The notes under the pieces are model-generated. The model ran no database searches. It was not told the DNA's origin and was given only the letters and a program-made list of their open reading frames with translations. The position numbers and the translations under genes are program-made. From contig CM074810.1 in the NCBI GenBank assembly GCA_037447605.1, positions 2,452,880-2,516,879 on the forward strand: a DNA stretch of 64,000 nucleotides, read 5' to 3'. This DNA is from Zygnema circumcarinatum SAG 698-1b (lineage: Eukaryota; Plantae; Zygnematophyceae). Position 1 is the stretch's first letter. Each line of letters starts with the position of its first letter. Positions 35,902 through 50,018 of the stretch are shown here, piece by piece.

Positions 35902-37984
35902 GGTAGGGTCCCGTGCGCTGACATATGGTGTCCATGTCAGCAGAAACTCAGAACCGGTTAACTGCGTCCTTTTCGACATAGATCAGGATAAGACGCACAG
36001 ACAAAAAGGAAAATTTCACGGACCAAATCTGCCAGCAACCAAGCAGGGATCGCTTTGGGATTGTGCTGACTTGGATACTGACGCGTATTCGTAGCTGACT
36101 CATGGAAATCTGACGATCCCTGATTGGTTGTGAAAGATTTGGTCTGTGAATTTTTCCTTTTTGATTTCAGCGTCGTAACCGGCCCTAACGGGGATATACA
36201 TGTAGAGGGTGGGAGAGCGTGGGAATTAACGGAACTGAAGAGCATGAACCGCTCTGGTGCACACTACTATACATCTAAGAGCACATGCATTCGCATGTGT
36301 AGATTTCACTATCACATTGAAACGTCAAACTGACACTACGACCAAACATGGAACTGGACGTGAAACTGGAATTGGAACTGGAACTGGAACTGCAACTGGA
36401 ACTGTTATTGAGTGAAAAACAAAGAACCCCAATTTTCAGAGGCACGGCAAAAGTTGAATTTTGTTCCGCCTTTGGGCCATTCCAGAGGGACCCTCGCATT
36501 GCCTTCGCCTTCTAGGAACTAAAAACCCTCCGTACAATCCGTACAATCCGTACAATATCGGTAAGAAATTCTTAAAGATCTCCGCAAGGGACCCTCCCTC
36601 CAATGAGTAACCGCGAGAGCAAGGAGAAGCCTTTCTGCCCCCTCTGCTGCTTTCTTCACATTCCGATGTTTCGCCAAATTAAATAGCAAAGAGCTTCCCT
36701 AAAAACCTACGGGTTTTTGGCCATAAAAACCCAAAATGAAGTCCCACCATTCTTTTTGTGCTTGAGAAATATCGCTTTCTTATCCATGCGGTGATTCATG
36801 GGTACAAGTTGTACATTACGACAAAGCTGCAATAGACAAAATGGAGTCCTCTCAAAAGCCTCTGTCGGCTTGTAAGCAATAACAAAGGGGATAGACTAAA
36901 TCAGGTGTTGTAAAAATGTTTGTAGTACCGCAGGTGTTAAATTGATTGGTAATTGGTTCAAAATTCGCAATTTCTTTTTTTCAAATTCTAATCCCTAGCA
37001 CAACAGGGGTTCTTCTGAATGCGTCGTTCCAGATTTTCCCTTTTTTGATTCCTGAAACTTAATAACCGTCAACATAAGATAGGGTGAGGATCACTACTAT
37101 ATTTTTAGAAGAAGCAATCGCCAGCGGCCATATCCTTTTTCAGGAAAAAGAGCCCATCACATCTCTGCTTATGACACAGCCAAAACTTTATATGAGCGCC
37201 TTCAACACAAGGGAGCACAATTAGTTTTTACGACAGTTCAAGCTATAGAGGCAGGAAACTATGCTGAAAGGCCCTCTCTATCTCTTCCTCTACCTCCCGC
37301 TCCCCTCTCCTTTTCCTTCTCCCTCTCCCTCTCCCTCTCCTTTTCCTTCTCCCCATTCCTCTCCTCTCCTTTTCCCTCTCCCTCTTCGTTTCTCTCTCTC
37401 CCTCTCCCTGTACCTCCCTCTACCTCCCTCTACCTCCCTCTCCCTCCTCACTCTCCCTCTCCGTCTCCCTCCCCTCTAGTTCACCCTTTAATCTCCTTCT
37501 CCTCTCCCTCTTCCCCTCCCCCTCCCCCTCCCTCTTTCCCCTCCCACAAACACGCTCATCCAAATTTCCCCCTTCAATATGGCCCCCCACACGGAACAAA
37601 CAACTTGAGCAACGCATGGAAACTAAACTCTAGCAGTCCACAATTAGCGCAACTGATTCCGTAACAATGCCGCACATGTGACTCCCATTCCCTCCCTAGC
37701 CCCGGCCTGTGCCTGTTCGCATCGTCACATCCCAAAACACCCAAATCTGTACAGATGTGCCTCTACCCTGCAGCAAACCGCAAACGAAAACTTCATGCAT
37801 TCAAGTTCATGGAGTCTTGAGGGTTTGTAGGGTGGATCCATCTTTCTCTCCCTCACTCTCCTCCCTCCTCTCCTCTCCTCTCTCCTTCCTCCCGCTCTCT
37901 CTCTCTTGTCCCCCTCCCTCTCTCTCTCTATCTCGCACTCTCGCACTCCCCCCCTCGCGCGTGCTTACAAGTCCTCTCTGCCAT

Positions 37985-39073
37985 TCATTCTCTGCTTTCA
38001 GGTTGAACGTGAAGGTCGAAAAATCCTCCCCCTTGTCTCATGACAAGAAGTTCCTGAAAGGTTCCTCCGTTTCCGTTGAACTGAAGGATGAACTGCCGAC
38101 AGTCTTCTGTCAGGTCGAACTGAAACTGAGGCAAAGGTCGCCCAACTGCTCGGACTTTGTTGATGCTGCCCAAGAGAGAGAGAGAGAGGAAGCGAGAGAG
38201 AGAGAGAGAGAGGGAGCGTAAGAGAGAGGGAGAGAGCGAGAGAAAAACCGAGATGGAGAAGAAAGAATATATATTATACATGGAAAAAAGTTCGGAGATT
38301 AGGGCAATTAGGGTTTTTTGTAAGCATAGCATACAGATTTAGGGTTCACCGGCCGATCGTTTTCAAGGCTTTGACCTTTCAGCTATTGTTTGAGTAGCCT
38401 TAGAGCGGTCATCAAATTCATGATTAAGCAAAATAAATAATAGGAAATTTAATATGCTTACCCAATATAGTACAGGCCGTCAGAGTCCTTTTGAACGCCT
38501 CCGAGCAGCTCCACTTGTACGATCCCTCCAATGCATAGAACCGGTTGGGGCAACGGAAACTGTTGAAGGACGGTCGCCTTTAAACGGAGAGCATGGAAAC
38601 CAAACGAGCATGTCAGGTCGACCAACTCGTCGAAAAAAAACCACAACGCACACACAATGGATAATGATTTTTTTGAAAAATTTGACCTAAAACTGACCAT
38701 TTCCATGGGGTAAATAGGCGATTCGTAGGTCCATTCGAAGCAGGTCGAAGGGTTATCGAGGCATCGAGCCGATATCAATTCATGCCGTTCAGTTCCGTTG
38801 CGCTCCGTTCTGTTGCAGTCCTTGGATGGAAAGTATCCAAAACGAAACCTCACAGCTTTGGAAGCATAGACCGGCTCGGGCCGTTGATAAGAAGCTGCAT
38901 TGAAAAATGGAGAAAGGTATCAAATATGATAATTGAAATTACTGATATAGCCGTTCGATTCAGAATGACAGGATAGTTATACAAACTGAGACAGGAGGGG
39001 TAGAGAGAGGGGCAGAGAGAGGGAGAGAGAGAGGGAGCGAGAGGGAAGAGGGAGAGAGAGAGAGAGAGAGAGT

Positions 39074-39143
<70 letters not shown>

Positions 39144-41286
39144 TAGAGAGAGGGGGAGATGGGTGGGGGAGAGGGAAGGATGTACCTCGCTGTGCCTGCA
39201 CCATCATCTCATGTACCTGTAGTGGAAAACGAGGAGAAGCAAAGGGAAGCGAGGGAAGAGAGGAAGAGAGAAAAAGTGAGGGGGGGTGAGGGAGAGGGAG
39301 CGGGAGACAGAGTGGGAGTGGGGGAAAAAAGGTGATGAAGAGAAGTTAGTCAGTGAAGTGCAAATGAAGTTCACTCAAACCCTAACCATTTGTCAAGGTT
39401 AACAAAAGGCTCGACTCGAGTTCAGACCTAATAGTTAGAATTACAGATTTTGCCTTTAAGTTCTTATCATTAGGGTTATGGTATCAGAGAAGATTCGGCT
39501 TAAGGTCATGATTGATATTACAAGTAAAACGGATTAACTTTAAGTCTAGGTTTAAGGTTAACTTGAGGTTGGTACTTAAGGTTGTTAATTACTAACTTAT
39601 TAGCATTCAAGCTACCTCAAACTTATCATCCGAATTAGGGTTAGGGTTTGCATCAAACTCTCAAAATATCCCAGAACTGCACCAAGAAAGGCTGGAAACT
39701 GGAAACCACTCTAAAATAAAATAACCCAAACTCCATAAACTCCTGAAACCCTAAATGGAACCCAGAAAATTGAGAAACCCGAAGTTTGACCCAAATAGAC
39801 TCACCAAACAAACTGGACTTTCGAATTCATATGTCAACGTTTCTGCGTGCTCCGGATCATCGAACCCTTCGCTGCACCAAAAAGAAGTAATGTCCCGCCT
39901 GAAACGCAGTAACGTCTGTACTATGTCTTGAAAATAGCCTTTCGTACTGGACGCATGTAACGCGTAACGGATAAAGTTTTCCGTTGCCTGCGGCGGAGCG
40001 ACTAACTGCCACGCAAGCGCAGCGAACGCCTGCGATTCCATCCTTAATTTTTCAACGAGAACGTCTTGCGAGTTTCGAGAAGAGGATGAAGAAGAAGAAG
40101 ACAAAGACGAAGAGCCGCTTCCAGAACTTGATCGTACGAAACTTGCATTGTCCATATTCTGAAAAAAGGAGCCGCCTCGAAGTGTGGTAATTTGACGGCA
40201 TTCGGGACGAGTTCGGTTGATGGAAAGTGTGGGGGGGAGAGGGGGATGGAGGGAGGGGGAGAGGGCGAGGGAGGGAGGGGGTTGAAAGCCGATCACTCTG
40301 TTGAGGGCGTCGGCAGAGCACAACCTCATGCATAGAGACCTCCAGAGCTGTCTCTCCGCACCTGCAATTCAGACAGGGAGGTGAAAAAGTCGGGTCAGGT
40401 TTTCCACTCCCTCTCCCCCTCCCCCCCTCTCCCTCTCTAATTATCTCTCTCGGCCGCTCTCACTCCCACTCTCTTGCTTTCGAGCCTCTCCCTCATTCCT
40501 ATCTCCCTCAGCAATCTCTCCCCTTCCCGCTTTCCCCATCTCTCCATCATTCTGCCCTCGCCCCCGCTTGCACCCCTTCCCCCCACTCTTCCTCTTTCTC
40601 TCCCTCTTCCCCTTCTCAACCATCCCTCCCTCTCCCCATACCTCTCCCCCTTCCCCACCCCCTCTCTTTTCCTTCCTCCAACCCCCCCCTCCCTCCCCCC
40701 TACCCCGGCTCTCCTTCCCTCCCTCCCTCCTTGCCCCTCCCTCCCTCCGTCCCTCCCTTCCTCCCCCCCTCCCTCCCTCCCTCCCTCCCTCCCTCCCTCC
40801 CTACCTCCCTCCATAAATCCCCACCTCCCTCCCTCCCCTTCCTTCCTCCCTCCCTCCCTCACTCCCTCCCTCCCTCCCTCACTCCCTCCCTCCCTCCGTC
40901 CCTCCCCTCCCTCCCTCCCTCCCTCCCTCACTCCCTCCCTCCCTCCCTCCCTCCCTCCCTCCCTCCCTCCCTCCCTACCTCCATAAATCCCCACCTCCCT
41001 CCCTCCCCTTCCTTCCTTCCCCCCTCCCTTAATCCCTCCCTCCCTTCCTCCCACCCTCCCTCCCTTCCACCGTCCCTTCCCCCTCCCTCCCTCCCTCACC
41101 GAGCGCGAAGCACCGCCTACAGACGGTCATGGCGGCGGCGAGGTCCCTCGGATGCGACAGCATCGCCAGCACTTGGAAAAGTGCTCCGTCATCCAGGGCT
41201 TGGAAGCGGTCCTCTCCCTCTCCCTCCCTCTCTCCCTTTCCCTCTCCCGGATCCTTCTCCCTCTCTCTGTGATCCTCCACCTCCAT
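37985..41286 (-). CDS. At4g00755-like F-box protein, copy D
   Basis: Exons 41286-41100, 40361-39805, 39216-39186, 38894-38698, 38577-38462, 38165-37985, same phases as copy C; [44 protein letters not shown]. Confidence 0.82.
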
Positions 41287-41589
41287 GGGTTAAGAGCTCT
41301 TCTTCGCTGAGCCCGACGTGTTTTGCAGATTGCGCTGAACCTTCTCTCGCAGAGAGAGACGCTCTTTGATGCCGAGGAAGAAAAAAGTCTCAATCTCTCC
41401 CTCCCCTTCCTTTCCCTCCTATCCCCTCTCTATCCCTCTCTCTCTCTCTCTCCCTCTCTCCCTTCCCTCTCCCTCCTTCCCCCTCCCTCACCCTCCCTCC
41501 CGCTCCCTCCCTCTCTCTCCCTCCCTCGCCCTTTCTCTCTCCCTATGTTGGAAACCTCACAAGCCCGAAAGGCGGGAACTGACCCACAA

Positions 41590-41830
41590 TAAACTTTTAA
41601 ACCGTACGGCCGTACAGCCGCCCAAGCGCACGACACGTGTCGAGCGAGGGGGAGCTGTTCACTTGGCAGGTGGGCGACTTACGTGGAGCGCCACATCGTC
41701 TGGAAGTCCCTGGAGGAGCGCCTGTTGGGTGAGCCACGTGGCACATAAATGTCAGGTGGCGGTATCTGAGAGGTTGCTGCCACCTGGCTCCACTTTTCAG
41801 GAAGAGCTCTCCTTCCGCGTCGTCGGACAT
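41590..41830 (-). pseudogene. Second frameshifted F-box/Kelch 5' remnant
   Basis: ALLQGLPDDVALHV / VAHLPSEQLPLARHVSCAW with a 1-nt frameshift. Confidence 0.72.
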
Positions 41831-43030
41831 GGATGGTAGAGTCCGGGGCGTTGACTTTCGAACATCCACGTCAGCAAATTTTGATAACGGGTTAACTGGA
41901 TACTATTCGACATAGAAAAGGTTAAGACGCACAGACAAAAAGGAATATTTCAGGAACCGAATCTGCCAAAACCAATCAGTGATCGCTTTGGGATAGCGCT
42001 GACTCGGAAGCTAACGTGTAAGGGCAACTGACTCAGCAGAATCTCTTGACGACCCCTGATTGGTTTGGAAAGATTTGGTCTGTGAATTTTTCCTTTTTGT
42101 CTGTGCGTCTTAACCGGCCCTTACGGATATATACATGAAAAGGGTGGGCGAGCGGGGACTTAACGGAACTGGAGAGCATGGACCGCTCTGGTGCACACCA
42201 ATACAAATCTAAGAGCACATTCATTGTCATGTACAGATTTCACTATTACATTGAAACTTAAATCTCAAACTGCAACCAAACATGGAACAGTAACTGGAAC
42301 TGGAACTTTTTCCGAGTGAAAAACAAGGAAACTAAAATCCATCGATTCATCCGAACCCCAATTTTCAGAGGCACGGCAAAACTTGAATTTTGTGCCATTC
42401 CAGAGGGACCCTCGCATTGCCTTTGCCTTCTAGGAACTAAAAACCCTCCGTACAACCCGTACAATCGGTAAGAAATTCTTAAAGATCTCGTCAACCGCGA
42501 GAGCAAGGAGAAGCCTTTCTGCCCCCTCTGCTGCTTTCTTCACATTCCGATGTTTCACCAAATTAAATATCAAAGAGCTTCCCTAAAAAGGGCCCTAATA
42601 ACCCAAATTGAAGTCCCATCTTTTCTTTACATCAGTAACCTCATCATCATCATCTGCTTATTTCTGCTGCCATTATTTGCAGCTGAACCCTAAAGCGTTT
42701 CATCACCTCCCTAATTGTTCCATGAATTACTTTCCAACCAATTTTGGCGAGTCCACGCAAGAGAGCCCTGCCCCAGAAACCACCAGGAATGGAAAGCAGC
42801 CTTTAGGAGATATCCATAGTAAAAAAAAAAAAAAGTCGAATATTAGTCTATGGACAACCAATGAGTTCAAACACAGACTTTTCTCCTTGATAACCGGCGG
42901 CATTTTCTCAGAGAATGCCACCACTATCTACAAACAATAGACTAAGCTTTTTAAAAGTAATCGCCTCTCTGAACATACCTTAATCTGACACTTTAAAACT
43001 AAAAACCCTAAAAACGAGATCAAGTAACTT

Positions 43031-44410
<1,380 letters not shown>

Positions 44411-45399
44411 GATGGCTCGAGGGTGAACCTGTGAGAGGGAGAGAGAGAGAGAGACAGAGGGGGAGGGAGAGGAAGCNNNNNNNNNNGGGAGGGAGGGAGG
44501 GAGGGAGGGAGAGGAAGCAGGAAGGGAGGGAGGGAGGGAGGGAGGGAGAGTGGGAGGGGGGGAGGGAGGGAGGGAGGGAGGGAGGAGGGAAGGAGGGAGG
44601 AAGGGAGGGAGGGAGGGAGGGAGGGAGGTAGGGAGAGCGAGATAGGCAGAGTGAGAGGATGGGGAGAGCGTGAGAGCGAGAGCGAACAGTGGGGGGCCAC
44701 TACCACAGTCGCCACTTTTTATACGCCTCACAGAGTACAAAAACCGCCGGAAGGAGTGGCCACGTGGAAGTTCCTCCGGGTTAAACGCTTGCCACGTGGC
44801 ACTCATTGACTGAAACGGCGATGCCCAATTCTGGTTGGTCGGTCGCAGTAGGGCTGACGGTCTCAGCTCTCATTGCGGCCCAAATGTCGGTGCAGCACCT
44901 GCGAATGTCGGCAGTCTTGGGTCCAAGTTGGCCGTTCGGAGACCGTTGGACGGCGGCAACAATTGCCGCCCGCCCGCGGGCATTGGTCAAAGGGACCGTT
45001 TTGGCGGTTAGGTTTGTCGTTTTCTGTGGCTTTGTTGATTTACAGAGTAGTGAGTACACTGCAATTGGACAAATTTGTCAACGACAAAAGTCAAGATTTT
45101 TCATCTGGATTCTGCAAAATTTGTCCATGTGGCGCCATACTTTTAAATCCTGGCACGTGCGATTGTACTTTTTCCTTCCCTTGTGGACGGACATGTAAAC
45201 ATATGTACGAAATGGACAAAAATATACGGACCAGTTCCTACGGAAAGGGCCGCTTTCGGCGGTTCGGCCTTTGGGGCCCTTGTCCCCCGCCGACGGCCAA
45301 GCCGATTATGACGTGTGATGACGTCACATCTATCCATGATAGCCCTTATGCGGGTTCCGTACGGTTACCGGCGGTGCCGGCTATCAACGGCTTCAGTCA

Positions 45400-45645
45400 G
45401 CCGGATTCCAGTTACAGTTCCGTTAGTCAGGACAGCAGCCACACGCTCGGGTCGAGGTGCCATGTCACGTCACGTCATTCCATTCCATGTCTTGCAATGC
45501 CATGCAATGTCATGTCATGTCATATCACCTGACGCCAAGTGACGTTACGTCATGCCATGTCTTGCAATGCCATGCCATGCCATGCCATGTCACGTCACGT
45601 CTCGTCACGCCATGTCTTGCAAGGCGATGTCATGTCATGTCATGA
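45400..45645. repeat. Low-complexity CATG-based repeat (GCCATGTCA / CATGT units)
   Basis: Repeated TGCCATGTCTTGCAATGCCATGC and ACGTC/ATGTC units. Confidence 0.6.
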
Positions 45646-46530
45646 TTTTTTGACACAGTTCGATTGGCATTATGTTACCATCAAGGATGAAAAATTGAAA
45701 TGGCGTTGTCACCATCCATTTTCATTTCAATTTCCACTTCCGACTGCACTTGTCCTCTAAGGGGAGTCTTTTTCAAAGACGACGATGGCCCTCTTCTTTC
45801 TATGTATTCCTCCAGAATTGAACAATTGTTTAGTACACGTAAAGGCTAAGAACAGGCAACGAACCCGCTGCTCTACACCATCTCGCGGGCTGCGGATTTC
45901 TTCCTGCTTTGCAGCCTCAATGCTGGCCGGGAAAAGGCACTGCTACTGCAAAAAAGTAAATTCCTGCTGGCTTTTGGCTTGTGGCAGTTTTCCTGACAGA
46001 GAGACATGTCCTTATAGGATCCTCCAAGGAGAGAGAGGCTCTGCATCTTCTATATTTTCGCTATATACATAATCGAGTCTCCTGGCTTTCAAAAAAGCCT
46101 CTTAGAAACCCACAGTAGAAAAACTACCAAAACCCAAAAGCCATTAACAATAAGTAAAGTCCAAGACGTTAAGCTTCTCTGTGGAGCTGCTCTATGTATG
46201 AAGTTTCCGTACTACTCCTAGGGTAAGGGCAGGGGCTCCTGCAATTACTTTCGAATCCCCAATAAGTCCGTACATGAAAGCCCTGCCACATACCACAAAC
46301 CTCCAGTCTCAGCGAACACTTCTTACTACTTTTAGCTTTGAAAAACTCAAAACAATTCACCTTCTTTTTTCATAGAGAATGGCCCATTTCCAAGCTCGTT
46401 TCAATAATGAAATTACCCCATTTTTTTCATTCTTTCAAAAGAAAACATTAAGAAAATTCGAGCCCTACTTATGTGGAAGCTCTCTCTCTCCCTCTCTCTC
46501 TCTCTCCCTCTCTCTCTCCCTCTCTCTCAC

Positions 46531-47345
46531 CTGAGACGCGAGAAGAGACTGCGTCCGCGTTCGCACGCCTGTTCACAGCCGAAGACTTTAGAACGCAAGT
46601 TTTGGCCTTCGGGCCGCTCATTGCATATGAGAACGTGGTACATTTGGAGGTCGCTTTGCAGGAAGCGCAGCAGGCGGCCTTGGTGGCGACTCCTGTCAAA
46701 GTTTTCAACTCAAAGCCTTTGTAGTCAAACCCATCTTCATAAGTGCAAGATGTAGAGCCTGTTCACACGTGTGACAAGAAAAGAACACTAAGGTTAGCGG
46801 CTGATTGAAGACTACAAAATTTAAGTATGGGTCGTATAATCATTCCTTTCCGTATCTCTCTCTGTTCGTTTCCGACTCAAAATCAGGGTTCGGGTTCGGC
46901 TGAGCCCACCCTCCTCCTCTCCTTGTCCCAGCACTCTCTCTACCTCTCCCTTATTCTCTGAAACCCCTCCCTCTCATCCTGTACCTCCGCCCCCTCCCCC
47001 CCACTCCTTCCTTTTCAGTTTCCACCCCTCAAGGCTTCCACCTTCCCGGGCGCAGTCTTTCCCTGTCCAGACCTCTCTACCACACCCTCGCTCTCCTTTA
47101 ATTCACTATCGTTCCCCCTCCTCTCATCTCGCCTTCCAACCCCACTACGCACGTCTCTCCCTCCCCCACGCAGCACGTCTCTCCCTCACTCTCTTTCTCA
47201 CCCTCGTCATATTCTCTTCCTCCCCCTGTAACTCCCTCTTCCTCTCTTTCCCACTACCGTCCCAACTCTTCCACCCCCTTTCCTCTCCCTCTCTCGTCCT
47301 TCCCACCCTCCCCCTTTCACCTTCCTTCCATCGCTCTCTCACTCT

Positions 47346-47384
<39 letters not shown>

Positions 47385-48367
47385 TCTCATTGGCTTACCT
47401 GCAATTGAAGTTCCCGTTGACAGATTTGGGCTCGGAATGCGGTTTGTCACAGCGTATTTGAGAGCACATTGTTTGGTGCTCTTAAAGTATGTGAAGGCCG
47501 CGCACTTTAGGGTTGTGCTGCACCAATTGCAGCAGCTCTCCTTGTTGGGAATGTCGGTTTCTACTGAGCTTGTAAAGAGCGGAAACTCAACTCCGTCCTC
47601 GAAGGCACACAGTCCTGCATGGAAAGGGAAGAAAAAAAAAGGTTAAAATAGCCGTTAATAAATAATGCAGTGATCCCCAGAAATTTTCAACAAATGACAG
47701 TTCCCGCTTTCTACATACACATCACTAGAATGTTTCGATGAATTGAAAACTTCAAAAGTTTCAAAAACCCAAACAACCAACCAACCCAAGGTCCTACCTG
47801 TAGCTACTCCTGAGACGGCCTTGACGTCACCGGTCGTACTGGTGACGTCACTCTTTAGGACACACTTGTTGGCGTTGGTTCCATTGACATAGAACGTGAA
47901 GATGTAACAGTTAGGGTTTGCGCGGCACTCGAAGCAGCACACGTCCTGGCTCGCTATGGCGGAGAGGGTGGCGACGGTGGGGCCGCCATAGCTCACTCCC
48001 GCTTGAAAGGTGCAGCCTGTAGACAGGGAATGAGCGGTGGGTTAGTGCTTGAGGAGATGTTCATGTTCATGTCTATGTTCATGTTGAGGTTTATATTATG
48101 GACTAATGTTTCATTAGTGGTTGAGAGAATACATTTTTTGGGTTAACAACTTGTGGGTTTTTTAGATGGGTTTTTCTGAAGGGTATAACTAAGTTTTTTT
48201 CGTTTTTTTAGAAGGGGAGAGAGGGGGAGGGGGGCGTGGAGGGGAAATGGGAGGGAGGGAGAGAGGGAGGGAGGGAGGGAGGGAGGGAGATACGCACCGA
48301 GAGCAGAGTTTGTGAGGAAGAGGAAGGCGAGGAGAAGCGCCATGGATGCATGCGAGAAGGAGGCCAT
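46531..48367 (-). CDS. Secreted triple-PAN/Apple protein, gene P3 (3' end unresolved)
   Basis: Exons 48367-48298, 48016-47798, 47614-47399, 46758-46531, all phase 1; the fourth exon ends in G|GTGAGAG followed by a GA tract, and a terminal exon was not identified. Confidence 0.85.
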
Positions 48368-49365
48368 GTTGACAGTCGGACAGTGTGGGAGAGAAAGAGA
48401 GTGAGAGAGAGGGAAAGGAGAGAGGAGGGAGAGAGACAGAGAGTGAGATGAAAAGTAAAGTGAGCGAGAGAGCGATATATATGGAAAGTGAGAGAGCGGG
48501 AGAGCGAGAGAGAGAGGGGAAGAGAGAAAGAGAGAGGGAGAGAGAGCGAGGGAGAGAGAGAGAGGGGGAGAGAGCGAGAGGGCGGGGGAGAGTGAGAGCG
48601 GGAGGCAGTTGTCCCGTCAGGAGGCCGTCGCCGAAATATTTACACTGTAGCTCGGCAGCCGCCCAACTTCCTTCCCCCCTCGCCGCGAATCCCTTGCTGC
48701 CACATGGCAGTCCGTACGATTGTGACCTCCGCGTGTCGGTCGTAGAAAGCTCCGAAGAGGCACACGCGCCGCCGCCCGCGTCCGGAAATTTTGTCGTTTA
48801 GCGGCGGTTCCTCCCCACCGGTGGAAGCTGCCACTGGGCCAATATCGGTTGGGCGGCGGCGGGACTTTCATCGACACGTGCGCAATGTCGGTGCAGTTCT
48901 GGTGGGCCCCACAAACGCTGGTTCTTAACCGACTTCGGTGACGGTGACAAGAGTGCCGACAAGTAATTTCTGTTAAATGGAGACACGTGGCGAGTGGTGG
49001 AAGGGTGGAGGTGGGAAACGACGGTCAGTTAAAGTTTTTCTTTTGTTTTTTCTTTGAGGCCGTTGGACGAGAGCCAACTGCCAAACTGCCAAAGTTCATG
49101 ATGACGGGAAACTGACGATTGGGCCTCTGCTTTTGGCGGCGAGGAGACACCTCCCCCTCTAAATGACAAATGGGCTTGTGCAGTATCATGTCGTTTTGTG
49201 CCACGTAGTCGCCATCAGCGCATGATGCCAAAGGCGAGCTCTGACGGTTCTTTATGAAAGGGAATGATTCGCTGTACGGAATGAGTTATTTTCTACGGGA
49301 CTGAGGACACATGCAAAGATTCCGTTTACTCTATATATTTCAATTCGGCTTTTATTTGATGGACG

Positions 49366-49640
49366 TGACATTGACATTGACATTGACATTGACATTGACA
49401 TTGACATTGACATTGACATTGACATTGACATTGACATTGACATTGACATTGACATTGACATTGACATTGACATTGACATTGACATTAACATTGACATTGA
49501 CATTGGCATTGACATTGACATTGACATTGACATTGACATTGACATTGACATTGACATTGACATTGACATTGACATTGACATTGACATTGACATTGACATT
49601 GACATTGACATTGACATAGACATTAACATTGACATTGACA
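49366..49640. repeat. (TTGACA)n microsatellite, ~45 units
   Basis: Nearly pure hexamer array with a few variant units. Confidence 0.95.
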
Positions 49641-50018
49641 TTTTTGTTTTTTTTTCCTTCATTTTTCGTTTGTAATCTATTTTCTCGCGGCACCGGAATT
49701 GACATGCCAAGACCAGCAGCTATCCAGTTCAAGAGCCTGTATCTCGATATACCAAATATATCGATATATCAAAAAATCGATGTACCGGTATCTCGATATG
49801 TCAATTTCTCGATATACAATATTTAGATATGCTAGCAAATCGATATATACGATATTATTGTTACGTACTGTACTGTATGTAAGCCGTACAGCCTGGATCC
49901 GTACACTCTCTGTTTTCCCGTACCTATTCCGTACGGTTTATCAGGGTTCAGGGGCTTTTGCGCCAAAGCCTTCGTGGAACTCCGCAAGGGTTTAGGGCTA
50001 AGGGCCCTCGGCCCGGCC

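Larger units (their letters stand above)
32250..42600. repeat. Tandem segmental duplication (~32250-36720 vs ~37620-42600)
   Basis: Collinear similarity of exons, introns and flanks, e.g. GCAGTCCACAATTA..GCAACTG..TCCGTAACAATGCCGCAC at ~32260 and ~37632, and GAGAAGCCTTTCTGCCCCCTCTGCTGC at ~36625 and ~42508. Confidence 0.9.

Noticed and set aside
49311-49732. ORFs of poly-(MS), (LT), (NV) dipeptides; TTGACA as a bacterial -35 box
   Set aside because: Translation artefacts of a microsatellite in eukaryotic DNA.
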